From an uncultured Photobacterium sp. (GTDB lineage: Bacteria; Pseudomonadota; Gammaproteobacteria; Enterobacterales; Vibrionaceae), in NCBI GenBank assembly GCA_947039525.1, contig CAMQZF010000001.1, positions 185 through 64,184 of the forward strand: a DNA stretch of 64,000 nucleotides, written 5' to 3'. The position numbers and the translations under genes were made by a program. Under the pieces are notes generated by a model. That model made no database searches. It was not told the DNA's origin and saw nothing but the letters and a program-made list of their open reading frames with translations. Positions within the stretch are counted from its first letter, which is position 1. Each line of letters opens with the position of its first letter. Shown here in pieces: positions 1 to 10,622 of the stretch.

Positions 1-917
1 GTCCATATTCGGGGTTCGATGCGTGGTTACAAAATCCAGCTTGTGCGTCACTATTATCACAATCTGAGGTGATTTTGCAATTTGGTGGTCGTTTGGTTTC
101 TAAGCGATTATTACAGTGGATTTCAGATCATCGAGAGTCTGAATATTGGCTGGTGGATCCATTATGTGGACGTTTAGATCCAACCCATCGCCGTAGCACT
201 CGTATTCAAGCGGATTGTTTGGCATGGGCGATGTACGCTTTATCTTTAGTGGAACATTCAACACAGTTTGAATGGGCAAAGTCGTTAATGAGCGCTGTCA
301 CTGAATATTACGATGTGGTAGCGACTCATTCACAAACATTGACTGAATTATCGTTAGCTTCTCATTTGGCTACGTGGTTATTGCCGACGACTGAGCTTTT
401 CATTGGTAATAGCACAATGGTGCGCTTGTTGGATATTTGTGGGCAATTGAATCATGTTCGTACGTTTGCGAACCGTGGAGCATCAGGCATTGATGGTTTG
501 ATTGCAACGGCGGCTGGTGTGCAACGTGCCCGCCAAATACCTTTGGTTGTGGTTTTAGGTGACACTTCTTTATTATATGACCTGAATTCATTGGCTTTAT
601 TACGTCAGCATGAATATCCCATTGTGGTGATTGTCACAAATAATAATGGTGGTGGTATTTTTGATTTATTGCCGGTTCCTAATCAACAAAAAGACGATTA
701 TTATCGCATGCCTCATCACTTATCGTTTTCCCATGCTGCTGCGATGTTTGATTTAACATATCACTTACCAAGTACATTGGCTGAAGCCCAGTCTTGTCTA
801 CTGTCTGCTCAACAACATTGTGGTACAAGCTTAGTTGAAATCACGACTCCTGAAGGAGAAGCAGGGGAGATGTTGACGGCTTTATTTCAAGAGATTCATC
901 ATGCCACTTTATTGTAA
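1..917 (+). CDS. menD: SEPHCHC synthase, C-terminal part (5' truncated by window edge)
   Basis: NRGASGIDG and GDTSLLYDLNSL...NNNGGGIF ThDP-binding motifs; first gene of men cluster. Confidence 0.95.
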   Translation, partial: PYSGFDAWLQNPACASLLSQSEVILQFGGRLVSKRLLQWISDHRESEYWLVDPLCGRLDPTHRRSTRIQADCLAWAMYALSLVEHSTQFEWAKSLMSAVTEYYDVVATHSQTLTELSLASHLATWLLPTTELFIGNSTMVRLLDICGQLNHVRTFANRGASGIDGLIATAAGVQRARQIPLVVVLGDTSLLYDLNSLALLRQHEYPIVVIVTNNNGGGIFDLLPVPNQQKDDYYRMPHHLSFSHAAAMFDLTYHLPSTLAEAQSCLLSAQQHCGTSLVEITTPEGEAGEMLTALFQEIHHATLL

Positions 918-1686
918 ATGGACACGAGCAAAATTAAAGGACGGTGCAGATGCCGCACCTACCTTAGTTTTTTTGCATGGTTTGTTAGGCAATCATCAAG
1001 ATTGGCAAAAAGTGATTGATTCTTTATCGAATTCTTTTAATTGTTTAACAATTGATTTACCTGGGCATGGTAATAGTCATACAATTAAACCCGTGAACTT
1101 TAATGTCGTGGATACCTTACTTCATGAAACCTTAGTGCATGAGCAAGTGCAAGAGTATGTACTTATTGGTTATTCACTGGGTGCAAGAGTGTCAATGTTT
1201 CATGCTTGCCATCAGTTTAATCGCTCTTTAAAAGGTTTGATTTTAGAAGGTGGGCATTTTGGCTTGCCAATGGGAGAACGTGAAGCTCGTTGGATTAATG
1301 ATGTAGGCTGGGCAGAGAGATTTCGCCAAGAATCGATAATAAGCGTGTTGGCTGACTGGTATCAACAGGCGGTGTTTTCATCGCTAACGTTAGCGCAATG
1401 TGAGGCTTTGATTGCCTATCGTCAATATAATGATGGGAATGGTGTCGCAGATATGTTGTTAGCCACCTCTTTATCGAAGCAACCCGAATTACGAGATAAA
1501 CTCGAACAACTGACAATTCCGACTCATTATATTTATGGTGAGTGGGATCATAAATTTCAGCGTTTAGCGCAAGAGGCACATTTGAAATCTCATGGTGTCT
1601 CTGATGCTGGACATAATGTTCACGTAGAAAATCCAAAAGGATTTTGTATTGTGATCAACCATATTATGACAATGATTGGAAAATAA
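901..1686 (+). CDS. menH: SHCHC synthase (alpha/beta hydrolase)
   Basis: LHGLLG, GYSLG nucleophile elbow, AGHNVH; lies between menD and menB. Confidence 0.93.
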   Translation: MPLYCKWTRAKLKDGADAAPTLVFLHGLLGNHQDWQKVIDSLSNSFNCLTIDLPGHGNSHTIKPVNFNVVDTLLHETLVHEQVQEYVLIGYSLGARVSMFHACHQFNRSLKGLILEGGHFGLPMGEREARWINDVGWAERFRQESIISVLADWYQQAVFSSLTLAQCEALIAYRQYNDGNGVADMLLATSLSKQPELRDKLEQLTIPTHYIYGEWDHKFQRLAQEAHLKSHGVSDAGHNVHVENPKGFCIVINHIMTMIGK

Positions 1687-1687
1687 A

Positions 1688-2554
1688 ATGGCTAGAACGG
1701 TAGGTTTGACCGAACAAGAGTTATACGCGCCAGTGAACTGGACTGATTGCTCAGCAGAATACACCGATATTTTGTACAGCAAATCTGATGATGGCATTGC
1801 AAAAATTACGATTAATCGTCCTGAAGTTCGCAATGCGTTTCGTCCTAAGACAGTAAAAGAGATGATTCATGCGTTAGCGGATGCTCGTTACGATGATCAT
1901 ATTGGTGTTGTGGTACTGACTGGACAAGGCGAAGATGCGTTTTGTTCTGGTGGTGATCAGAAAATTCGTGGTGATTACGGCGGTTACGATGACGGTGAAG
2001 GTACACATCACTTAAACGTTTTGGATTTCCAACGTCAAATTCGTACTTGTCCTAAGCCTGTGATTGCAGCCGTTGCTGGTTATGCGGTTGGTGGCGGTCA
2101 TGTTTTACACATGATGTGTGATTTAACTATCGCAGCCGATAACGCTCAGTTTGGTCAAACAGGGCCTAAAGTGGGTTCCTTTGATGGTGGCTGGGGTGCT
2201 TCTTACATGGCTCGTATCGTCGGTCAAAAGAAAGCGCGTGAAATTTGGTTCTTATGTCGTTTTTACGATGCACAAGAGGCGTTAGATATGGGATTGGTTA
2301 ACCATATTGTTCCTTACGCGGAACTTGAGCGTGAAACGGTACGTTGGTGTCGTGAAACCTTACAACACAGCCCAATGGCATTACGTTGTTTGAAAGCGGC
2401 ATTGAACGCAGACTGTGATGGTCAAGCTGGCTTACAAGAGCTTGCGGGTAACGCGACTATGTTGTTCTATATGACAGAAGAAGGTCAGGAAGGTCGTAAC
2501 GCCTTTAATGAAAAGCGTCGTCCTGACTTTAACAAGTTTAAACGTAACCCATAA
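1688..2554 (+). CDS. menB: 1,4-dihydroxy-2-naphthoyl-CoA synthase
   Basis: [23 protein letters not shown] crotonase motifs; ATG at 1688 chosen. Confidence 0.97.
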   Translation: MARTVGLTEQELYAPVNWTDCSAEYTDILYSKSDDGIAKITINRPEVRNAFRPKTVKEMIHALADARYDDHIGVVVLTGQGEDAFCSGGDQKIRGDYGGYDDGEGTHHLNVLDFQRQIRTCPKPVIAAVAGYAVGGGHVLHMMCDLTIAADNAQFGQTGPKVGSFDGGWGASYMARIVGQKKAREIWFLCRFYDAQEALDMGLVNHIVPYAELERETVRWCRETLQHSPMALRCLKAALNADCDGQAGLQELAGNATMLFYMTEEGQEGRNAFNEKRRPDFNKFKRNP

Positions 2555-2567
2555 GAAGATGATTGCT

Positions 2568-3545
2568 ATGCGAAGTGCGTGTTTATATCAGTATGAATTG
2601 CCTATGGATTCCGGTGTGATTTTACGTAACCAACGTTTAGTTACACGTCAAGGGTGGATCGTTGTGTTACAGGATAGACACAAGACCGGAATGGGAGAAA
2701 TTGCCCCTTTACCTGGGTTCAGTACTGAAACGCACGAGCAAGCAGGTGAGCAAGCCATTGGTTTGCTCACCCATTGGATTGATGCTGGAACATTTGATTT
2801 TTCCGATCTTTTTCCATCTGTCGCGTGTGGACTCAGCTTTGCTCTAATGGAATTGAAGAGTGAATTACCCTTGTCGGCGGATTATCGCTCTGCGCCTTTA
2901 TGTAATGGTGATCCTGATGATTTAGTCGTGAGATTAACTCATATGACAGGCAAGAAAGTCGCTAAAGTGAAAGTGGGTATGTATGAAGCTGTGCGAGATG
3001 GCATAGTAACCAATACTTTTTTAAAAGCCATTCCAGATTTGAGCTTACGATTGGATGCTAATCGTCAATGGACTCCTTTGAAAGCACAACAGTTTGCGAA
3101 ATATATTCAGCCTCAATATCGATCGCGTATTGCTTTTGTAGAGGAGCCTTGTCAGTGCCCTGAAGACAGCTTAGTCTTTTCTCAAGAGACAGGCATTGCG
3201 ATTGCGTGGGATGAAAGCGTTCGTGATGTGGGATTTAAAGTAAAAGCTGAAGTTGGTGTTGTTGCGATTGTCATTAAACCGACATTAATTGGTTCGTTAG
3301 ATCGTTGTTTAGAATTGATTGATCAGGCTCATAATGTAGGGTTAGAGGTTATTATTAGCTCAAGTTTAGAGTCGACATTCGGATTGACGCAACTGGCTCG
3401 TTTAGCAGCATGGAAAACCCCTGATACGATCCCAGGTTTGGATACCGTCCAGTTATTTGCCAAACAATTGCATCAAGTTTGGCCTGATTGTTTGCTACCC
3501 TTAGTCTCACTAACCGATCTTGAGGTGATATGGCAGCATAAATGA
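2568..3545 (+). CDS. menC: o-succinylbenzoate synthase
   Basis: GEIAPLPGFS, KVKVG, LRLDANR, EEP enolase-superfamily motifs; start 2559 or 2568. Confidence 0.95.
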   Translation: MRSACLYQYELPMDSGVILRNQRLVTRQGWIVVLQDRHKTGMGEIAPLPGFSTETHEQAGEQAIGLLTHWIDAGTFDFSDLFPSVACGLSFALMELKSELPLSADYRSAPLCNGDPDDLVVRLTHMTGKKVAKVKVGMYEAVRDGIVTNTFLKAIPDLSLRLDANRQWTPLKAQQFAKYIQPQYRSRIAFVEEPCQCPEDSLVFSQETGIAIAWDESVRDVGFKVKAEVGVVAIVIKPTLIGSLDRCLELIDQAHNVGLEVIISSSLESTFGLTQLARLAAWKTPDTIPGLDTVQLFAKQLHQVWPDCLLPLVSLTDLEVIWQHK

Positions 3546-4942
3546 GTTTTTTTTCAACATGGCCATGGCAGTCTTGGGCTGAAAAGTCCCCGAATGATGT
3601 TGCTCTACGCATGGGTAAACAAGTGTGGACTTGGAAGCAAGTCTCAGACACGGTTGATGATTACGCTAAAGGATTTATTGCTCAGGGGGTTCAGCGAGAT
3701 CATGTGATCATTGCACCTGTTGCCAATAGTTTATCTTTACTGTGGGTTTTATTAGCTTCTGTACGTGTTGGTGCCCGCTTTATTGGGTTAAATCCTCATT
3801 TTTCCGATTTAGAACTGCGTCAACATATTGAGTGGTTACATCCGGATTTTATTTGGCAAGAAGAAGGGAGCTCTGAAAATTTTAATTTACATCTTTTAAG
3901 CCTGAAATCCGGTACTGATGTGTCTGTTGCTCCTATGACATGGCAACCTTCTCGTCCAGCAACTTTTACTTTAACATCAGGTTCAACAGGCTTACCTAAA
4001 GCGGTTGTTCATAATGTCGATAATCATCTTGCGAGTGCTTTTGGTCTTTTAACTGAAATTGTATTTTCTCGAAGTGATCAATGGTTATTGTCATTGCCTT
4101 TATTTCATGTCTCTGGCATGGCGATTGTTTGGCGTTGGTTATTGAAAGGTGCGACATTAGTGATGCCTTGTGGTGGGGATTTGATGGAAGAGTTAGATTC
4201 GGTAACTCATGCTTCTTTGGTACCCACTCAGTTACAACGTTTTTTATTACATAAACAGATGCACCCCAATTCAACTAACCGTTTAAAAGCCGTCTTACTT
4301 GGTGGTGCGGTGATTCCAGTTACGCTAACACAACAAGCCGAAAAAGAAGGCATTTCGTGTTGGTGTGGGTATGGTATGACTGAAATGGCATCGACTGTTA
4401 CGGTTAAACGAGCGAATGATTCTTCTGGTGTTGGTCAACCTTTACCATTACGGGATTTGTTGATTCAACAAGGACAAATCTTTGTGCGTGGCGATACTTT
4501 ATCCATGGGCTATTATCGTAATAGCACCATATTTCCTTTAATGGAAGAGACTTGGTTTCCCACTAAAGATCTGGGTGAATGGCGAAATGGCGAACTATTC
4601 ATATTAGGACGAGCAGATAATATGTTTATTTCTGGAGGTGAAAATATTCAACCAGAAGAAATTGAACGAATATTAATGAGCGATTCTTCTGTAACCCAAG
4701 CGTTTGTGTTGCCCGTTGATGACTGGGTGTTTGGACAGCGCCCTGTTGCGGTTGTTGAAACAACGATACCGTTAACAGATGGTTTTATTGATCACTTGTC
4801 GACGTACATTTGTGCACATCTCAGTCGCTTTAAATGTCCGATTGCGTACTATCCTTTGCCTATTGGGATTGCGAATTCTGGAATTAAAATTTCTCGTCAA
4901 CGACTTCAACAATGGTTACAGCAAATCTCAATGGTTGAATAA
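3542..4942 (+). CDS. menE: o-succinylbenzoate-CoA ligase
   Basis: TSGSTGLPK AMP-binding loop, GYGMTE, GRADNMFISGGENI. Confidence 0.95.
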   Translation: MSFFSTWPWQSWAEKSPNDVALRMGKQVWTWKQVSDTVDDYAKGFIAQGVQRDHVIIAPVANSLSLLWVLLASVRVGARFIGLNPHFSDLELRQHIEWLHPDFIWQEEGSSENFNLHLLSLKSGTDVSVAPMTWQPSRPATFTLTSGSTGLPKAVVHNVDNHLASAFGLLTEIVFSRSDQWLLSLPLFHVSGMAIVWRWLLKGATLVMPCGGDLMEELDSVTHASLVPTQLQRFLLHKQMHPNSTNRLKAVLLGGAVIPVTLTQQAEKEGISCWCGYGMTEMASTVTVKRANDSSGVGQPLPLRDLLIQQGQIFVRGDTLSMGYYRNSTIFPLMEETWFPTKDLGEWRNGELFILGRADNMFISGGENIQPEEIERILMSDSSVTQAFVLPVDDWVFGQRPVAVVETTIPLTDGFIDHLSTYICAHLSRFKCPIAYYPLPIGIANSGIKISRQRLQQWLQQISMVE

Positions 4943-4970
4943 AAAAAGCGCTCATTGATCGCTTTTTTTT
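4941..4970. terminator. bidirectional intrinsic terminator (menE / MFS gene)
   Basis: A7-GCG...CGC-T8 between convergent genes; short stem. Confidence 0.55.
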
Positions 4971-4973
4971 GTT

Positions 4974-6848
4974 TTATCGATTGTTGCCACGAAGTTGTTC
5001 AACTTTTTCTCTTAACATTATGGTATTTGATTCATTTGCTGGAATGGGAGTGTCAGCAATAATGGTCACTTTTGACCAAAAACGTTTTGGAAATTTAAGT
5101 AAAGCTCGCCCACCTTCTCGACTGAAAATGCTGCCCCATAACCCTTGTAATGCAATGGGAATAACAGGAACGGGCGTTCGACGTAAAATTAGATCAATGC
5201 CCCGCATGAAAGTGCCAATTTCGCCGTCATAAGTGAGCTGCCCTTCAGGGAAAACACAAACAACATCCCCTTGCTCTAAATAATAAGCGACCTTATCAAA
5301 GGCTTGTTTAATGGATTGGCGATTGCCTGCTTCAATTGGAATTGCTTTGCATATTTTACAAAATGTGTTGATGCCGGGAAGGTTATAAATATCTTCATCC
5401 ATCAAAAAGCGAACGGGACGAGGGCTAGCACCTGCAATTAAAAATGCATCCATATAACTGACATGATTACAGATCAGTAATGCGCCCCCTTTTTTAGGGA
5501 TGTATTCTAGATGTTTGTGAGTTACACGGTACATCGTATGGCTGACGACCCATACGCAAAAGCGCCAGAAAAAATCGGGAACTTGATAGTAGATGTAAAT
5601 CATAATTCCGAAATTAAGTACGGCTAATAATAAGAAGAATTGTGGGATGCTAAAGTGCAATAAAGATAAAAATCCAATTGCGAGTACAGTGCTTAACACC
5701 ATAAATAACGCATTCCAAATGTTATTGGCTGCAATGATTTGAGCTCGTTCCCCTTCTTTTGAACGACTTTGCATGATGGTGTACAAGGGAACAATGAAAA
5801 TACCACCCGAGACACCGAGTAGAATAAGAGAAGCAAAAACAGGCATCATTTGAGGGTGGTTAATGAATGCCATTAAGCTATCGGAGTGTGGAATGTTTTT
5901 TGGTGTGTAGAACCACAACCCCGCACTGAACAAACTAATACCAAAGCTGCCAAGAGGTACGATACCGGGTTCAATTCGGTGACTGGATAGTTTGTCACAT
6001 AACATTGAGCCAATCGCGATGCCTATGGAAAATAATGCTAGTAGAAAAGAAACGGATGTTGCATCACCACCTAAAAAGAGCTTAGAAAAATTCGGGAATT
6101 GCGTTAAATAGCTCGCGCCTAAAAACCAAAACCAACTAATCCCTAAGACACATTGAAAAATGGTTTTATCTTTTTTTGCGATGGCCAAAGTGTGCTTGGT
6201 ATGTAAAAAAGGACGCCATTCAAATCGAGCTTTCGGATTACTTGGTGGTGCATCGGGTATGAACCGTGCTGTGATATAGCCCAACGTAGCAAAAATCAAC
6301 ATAGCGACAGCGGCAATGATTTCAGCATCTTGTTGATTGGCAATAACACCAGCAAGTAAAGTGCCTAATAAAATGGAGAGAAAGGTGCCCGTTTCAACTA
6401 AGGCATTACCTGAGACTAATTCATCTGGTTTTAAATGTTGCGGCAGCAGTGCGTATTTTGCCGGACCAAAAAAGGCAGATTGTATCCCCATTAAAAATAA
6501 TAAAAACAGCAAAATGACGTAGCTTTGATAAACAAATGCAACAGCGGCACAAGCCATGATGATTATTTCAATAAACTTGACCACCCGCATTATTTTCGCT
6601 TTGTCGTAAACATCAGCCATTACGCCAGCTGATGCCGAAAATAAGAAAAAAGGTAAAATGAATAATCCTGCAGCTAAATTGATGGCTAAATTGCTGCTGA
6701 ATGGCAAAGTATGAGGTGCGGCAAATGCCAATAAAATAAGTAACGTATTTTTATAGACGTTGTCATTAAAAGCCCCAAGCGCCTGAGTTAGAAAGTAAGG
6801 TAAAAAGCGCTTTTTGGTTAAGAGGCGAGATTGAGGCTTTGTGTTCAT
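4974..6848 (-). CDS. MFS transporter (LplT-like) fused to C-terminal 1-acyl-glycerol-3-phosphate acyltransferase domain
   Basis: TQALGAFNDN, FFGPAKY, ~12 TM helices; NHVSYMD (HX4D) and FPEG acyltransferase motifs. Confidence 0.88.
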   Translation of the reverse strand: MNTKPQSRLLTKKRFLPYFLTQALGAFNDNVYKNTLLILLAFAAPHTLPFSSNLAINLAAGLFILPFFLFSASAGVMADVYDKAKIMRVVKFIEIIIMACAAVAFVYQSYVILLFLLFLMGIQSAFFGPAKYALLPQHLKPDELVSGNALVETGTFLSILLGTLLAGVIANQQDAEIIAAVAMLIFATLGYITARFIPDAPPSNPKARFEWRPFLHTKHTLAIAKKDKTIFQCVLGISWFWFLGASYLTQFPNFSKLFLGGDATSVSFLLALFSIGIAIGSMLCDKLSSHRIEPGIVPLGSFGISLFSAGLWFYTPKNIPHSDSLMAFINHPQMMPVFASLILLGVSGGIFIVPLYTIMQSRSKEGERAQIIAANNIWNALFMVLSTVLAIGFLSLLHFSIPQFFLLLAVLNFGIMIYIYYQVPDFFWRFCVWVVSHTMYRVTHKHLEYIPKKGGALLICNHVSYMDAFLIAGASPRPVRFLMDEDIYNLPGINTFCKICKAIPIEAGNRQSIKQAFDKVAYYLEQGDVVCVFPEGQLTYDGEIGTFMRGIDLILRRTPVPVIPIALQGLWGSIFSREGGRALLKFPKRFWSKVTIIADTPIPANESNTIMLREKVEQLRGNNR

Positions 6849-6861
6849 GAAAGTTCTCGAG

Positions 6862-7458
6862 TTAGGCTTGCCAAGAGTAAACGTATGTACTGATTAAATT
6901 TTCAATAAGTGCAGTCCCATCCGTGGAGTTTTGAGTAAATAATTTATCATCCACACTCAGTAAAGTAATGCCATGAACACCGGCCCATAAAACTCGGCTT
7001 GTTGCTAAAATCTCCGCATCAGACTTATTGGGTGTAATTTGACGAATCAGCATCTCTAACATGGAGGTCATATTATTGATTCGTTGAGATTGCCATTCCG
7101 GTAATGCTTCCCCGTTCATGGTGTGCTCAAAAATAAGCTGCCAACGATAACGATGTTGAGTCGCAAAATTTAAATAACACAATGCTAATTGACGTAAAGC
7201 ATCAATGGGATCTTGGCAGTCCTTGACTTGTTGCTGAGCTTCTTGAGACAACTCATCCAGTGTTTGGGCAACGACTTGAAGTAGGAGTAAATTATAATTA
7301 CCAAAAATATTCACTAATGTACTGGGTACATAACCAATCATGCCTGCGATTTTTCGCAAGCTAAGTTCATGATGAGAATGATCTTGTAAGAATAATTTTA
7401 CTTGTTCTAGGGTAATGGCAATTAACTCTTCGCGGGTGTGGTCATTTCTTCTAGCCAT
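6862..7458 (-). CDS. TetR/AcrR family regulator (WHG-type C-terminus)
   Basis: SLRKIAGMIGYVPSTLVNIFG HTH; LWAGVHG. Confidence 0.9.
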   Translation of the reverse strand: MARRNDHTREELIAITLEQVKLFLQDHSHHELSLRKIAGMIGYVPSTLVNIFGNYNLLLLQVVAQTLDELSQEAQQQVKDCQDPIDALRQLALCYLNFATQHRYRWQLIFEHTMNGEALPEWQSQRINNMTSMLEMLIRQITPNKSDAEILATSRVLWAGVHGITLLSVDDKLFTQNSTDGTALIENLISTYVYSWQA

Positions 7459-7511
7459 AGCATACTCAAATAAAGTAGATCCGTTGCATATTAGGAGCGA
7501 AACGGATTATA

Positions 7512-7522
7512 GAACAATGTTC
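7512..7522. promoter_or_regulatory. candidate TetR autoregulatory operator
   Basis: palindrome GAACA-A-TGTTC about 55 bp upstream of the TetR start. Confidence 0.35.
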
Positions 7523-7568
7523 GATATTTTAGTGAATGACATTATACGGTCAAGCTTACATATAAAAA

Positions 7569-7607
7569 AACCTCAAAAACCCTTATTTAGTCGATGTTTT
7601 TGAGGTT
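7569..7607 (-). terminator. intrinsic terminator of TM2 gene
   Basis: AACCTCAAAAAC / GTTTTTGAGGTT inverted repeat with U-tract on minus strand. Confidence 0.55.
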
Positions 7608-7617
7608 ATATGATGTG

Positions 7618-8016
7618 TTATCGGTAATATTCACGATTATTCAATTGTGATATCTGATCATTCAATGTCCAAAGATCGATCAGAATACCAATTAGGAAAA
7701 AACCGCCTGTGAATAAGTACAGAATTCCTGTTAGCCATTTACCCATGTACATGCGATGTAAACCAAAAATGCCTAAAAAGGTTAACAGGATCCATGCTAC
7801 GTTGTAGCTGATAGAGCCTGATTGAAAACGAATATCAGCATCTCGATCCATCGAAGGTATTAGGAAAAAATCGACAATCCAGCCAATGAAAAATAGTCCT
7901 AAGGTGAAAAACCAAATAGTGCCAGTAACGGGGCGACCGTAATAAAAACGATGGAAGCCCATAAAGCCAAAAATCCAGAGTAAATAACCCACTAACTTAC
8001 TGTGATTGTCTTGCAT
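7618..8016 (-). CDS. TM2 domain membrane protein (two TM2 repeats)
   Basis: GFMGFHRFYYG and GIFGLHRMYMG repeats. Confidence 0.88.
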   Translation of the reverse strand: MQDNHSKLVGYLLWIFGFMGFHRFYYGRPVTGTIWFFTLGLFFIGWIVDFFLIPSMDRDADIRFQSGSISYNVAWILLTFLGIFGLHRMYMGKWLTGILYLFTGGFFLIGILIDLWTLNDQISQLNNREYYR

Positions 8017-8305
8017 GTGATCCCCATTTATTCGATAAGAATTTAAACATTATTTACAGTAGTAATAGCTCATAAAATATCAGTAATGTGCTCTTTATAG
8101 CAAAATATTACTTTAAGGTTTGCAGTTTCATTACTTTATTTGTATTAAGTATTTAATTTGTTTTAGCGATTTCTTTTTATTTATTAAAATCGATAAGTGT
8201 TTTGTTCTATAAGAGCTCAGTCATTAGGGCACATGAATTGACATTCTTTTGATAGTCGTTAATCTTCAATAAGACAAGACGTTATTTCAGCAAGGATTGG
8301 TTTAC

Positions 8306-9187
8306 ATGATAAAACGCTTTTTTACGGTATTTACTTTGGTAATTGCGGTGGCTTTAGTCGCTGCTCCACACGCAGAAGCAAAACGCTTTGGTGGTGGAAA
8401 ATCGTTTGGCAAAAGTTTTAAGACAGCGCCAGCAAAGCGTCAACAAACAGACACCATCAGTCGTCAGCAAACGCAGAAACCTGCAGCGGCAGCTAATCAG
8501 TCATCTGGTCGTAAAGGCCTGTTGGGTGGTATTTTAGGCGGTGTGTTAGCGGGTGGTTTGTTAGCAGCGATGTTTGGTGGTGCTTTTGACGGCCTTCAGT
8601 TTATGGATATTTTAATTTTCGCCGTTATTGCTTTTGTTATCTTTAAAATCTTTAAGCACCTGAAAAGCGCAAAAGCTACGTCAATGGGTCATAAAGAAGC
8701 GTATGCTGGTAACTCTCCACAATCAGGCAATGCGCAACGAACAACTCAGAATTCCAATATGAATCAACAGTCAACTCAGCCGCGTTATGAGTCAACAGAC
8801 AGTGACGTTCCATTTAATTTACCGCCTAATTTTAAAATGGATGCTTTTTTAAAAGGTTCTCGTGATCATTATCGTACCATTCAGCAAGCGTGGAATGTGA
8901 ATGATTTAACGAAAATTCGTGAATACGTATCAGCGGATCTATTTCGTGATTTGAGCGCAGAGCGTGCAACATTGACTGATGAACAAAAAACAGAAGTGAT
9001 GTATGTTGATGCTGATTTAGTTCGTGTGGATTACAATGCTTCATTGGCGCAATTAAGCATTCAATTCTCTGGCCGTTATAAAGATTCGGCTGAAGGTGTT
9101 GAAGAGCCAATTACCGACATTTGGCACTTAGAGCGTGATTTAACTCGTCCTAATTCACCTTGGTTAATTGTGGGCATTGAAGGCTAA
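8306..9187 (+). CDS. Tim44-like domain protein
   Basis: signal AEAKRFGGGKSFG, Gly-rich TM, C-terminal WHLER...WLIVGIE. Confidence 0.88.
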   Translation: MIKRFFTVFTLVIAVALVAAPHAEAKRFGGGKSFGKSFKTAPAKRQQTDTISRQQTQKPAAAANQSSGRKGLLGGILGGVLAGGLLAAMFGGAFDGLQFMDILIFAVIAFVIFKIFKHLKSAKATSMGHKEAYAGNSPQSGNAQRTTQNSNMNQQSTQPRYESTDSDVPFNLPPNFKMDAFLKGSRDHYRTIQQAWNVNDLTKIREYVSADLFRDLSAERATLTDEQKTEVMYVDADLVRVDYNASLAQLSIQFSGRYKDSAEGVEEPITDIWHLERDLTRPNSPWLIVGIEG

Positions 9188-9209
9188 TCTCTTTATTGTG
9201 TTTAATCAG

Positions 9210-9236
9210 AAAAGCCGCCCAATGGGCGGCTTTTTT
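9210..9236 (+). terminator. intrinsic terminator
   Basis: AAAAGCCGCCCA-A-TGGGCGGCTTTT then T-tract. Confidence 0.85.
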
Positions 9237-9243
9237 ATTTCAT

Positions 9244-9259
9244 TGTGAGTTGAATCATA
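9244..9259. promoter_or_regulatory. candidate CRP site
   Basis: TGTGA-N6-TCATA. Confidence 0.35.
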
Positions 9260-9361
9260 AAATTATACTGAATTGAGCCAGAATCCATGATCTTTGTATC
9301 GGCTTTTTTGGGAAATACCTTCTACTATTAAGTCAAATTATCCAAAGTGAAAGAGGTGTGT

Positions 9362-9601
9362 ATGTCCTATAACGAACAATTGCTTGATGAATTGAATTTA
9401 TTGGTGAAATTTCCTCTGCACAGTGAACGAGAAGGCATTAAAGTACATGGGGATGCGGGAAATCACTTAGTGCTTGCTGCTGAGCGACTTCATGATAAGG
9501 GATTAATTAGCCAAAGAGACGGTGGCTATTTAACAGGATCGGGTTATCAAGCCGTTGAACACGCAAAAGCGGTATTAACGATTCTCGCTCCAACAGCTTA
9601 A
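9362..9601 (+). CDS. TIGR02647-like small protein
   Basis: ELNLLVKF..EGIKVH..RLHDKGLISQRDGGYLT; RBS GAGG. Confidence 0.75.
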   Translation: MSYNEQLLDELNLLVKFPLHSEREGIKVHGDAGNHLVLAAERLHDKGLISQRDGGYLTGSGYQAVEHAKAVLTILAPTA

Positions 9602-9610
9602 TTTTTAAAA

Positions 9611-9871
9611 TTATCTTGGTGACACTGTCACTGATTCTAATTCAGTGATGGTGGCTAAGGCTTCTGTTTGTGTTTTTCCACAAATATCAGGGCAAGCTTT
9701 AAATTGATGGCAAACCAAAGGACGTTCAGATTGACCGAAGAGTTTGCATAAATTTCTTTCATTTAATTGAATACAGCGAACACCGGCGGGTTTGCCATGT
9801 GGCATACCCGGAATTGCTGATGAAATACTGGGTGCAATACAACAGGCACCACATTCTAAACGACATTCCAT
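9611..9871 (-). CDS. YkgJ-family cysteine cluster protein
   Basis: CRLECGACCIAPSISS...RPLVC pattern. Confidence 0.85.
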   Translation of the reverse strand: MECRLECGACCIAPSISSAIPGMPHGKPAGVRCIQLNERNLCKLFGQSERPLVCHQFKACPDICGKTQTEALATITELESVTVSPR

Positions 9872-10031
9872 ATTTTCTCTTTCTTGTTCTCTTCAAACGT
9901 GGTCGAGCAAACTATCATTCTATTATTTAGAGGTCAAAGTTTGTGCATATAATGATTGAGAGTGTGCCTTGCACTTTGTACTCAAGATGGTTATAACACT
10001 CGCCCGATTTATTATTTGTAGTGAGAGAGCC

Positions 10032-10466
10032 ATGACACCATTTTGGGAAGAGAAGAAATTAGATGAAATGACTGACCAAGAGTGGGAGTCACTTTGTGAT
10101 GGGTGTGGTAAATGTTGTTTGCATAAATTGATTGATGACGATACCGATGATATTTATTACACCAACGTTGCATGCAGTTTATTAGATTGTAATACCTGCT
10201 CTTGTAAAGATTATGAGCATCGATTTGAATCTGATGAAGAGTGCTTGAAGTTAACTCGCGATAAAATTGATGAATTTATTTGGTTGCCACCAACCTGTGC
10301 GTATCGATTATTGGCTGAAAATCAACCATTACCAAAATGGCATCCATTAATTACTGGATCTAAAGATGCGATGCATGAGGCGGATGAATCTGTGAAAAAT
10401 AAAGTTGTGTATGAAATTGATGTGATTAATTGGGAAGATCACATTACTAATCATCCTTCAAGATAA
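10032..10466 (+). CDS. ycgN: YcgN family (UPF0260) cysteine cluster protein
   Basis: [30 protein letters not shown]. Confidence 0.92.
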   Translation: MTPFWEEKKLDEMTDQEWESLCDGCGKCCLHKLIDDDTDDIYYTNVACSLLDCNTCSCKDYEHRFESDEECLKLTRDKIDEFIWLPPTCAYRLLAENQPLPKWHPLITGSKDAMHEADESVKNKVVYEIDVINWEDHITNHPSR

Positions 10467-10478
10467 TACTTAATTTAT

Positions 10479-10511
10479 AAAAAATGCTGTCATTATATGA
10501 CGGCATTTTTT
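10479..10511. terminator. bidirectional intrinsic terminator
   Basis: AAAAAATGCTGTCAT...ATGACGGCATTTTTT. Confidence 0.75.
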
Positions 10512-10622
10512 ATTTAAACTAACCACTTGTTATTTAAGGTTAATTTTTATGGGGTATATTTACTTATTTATTAATAAGTTTAATTTCATAACTTCACATC
10601 CTTGTGAAAGAGAATAAATCTA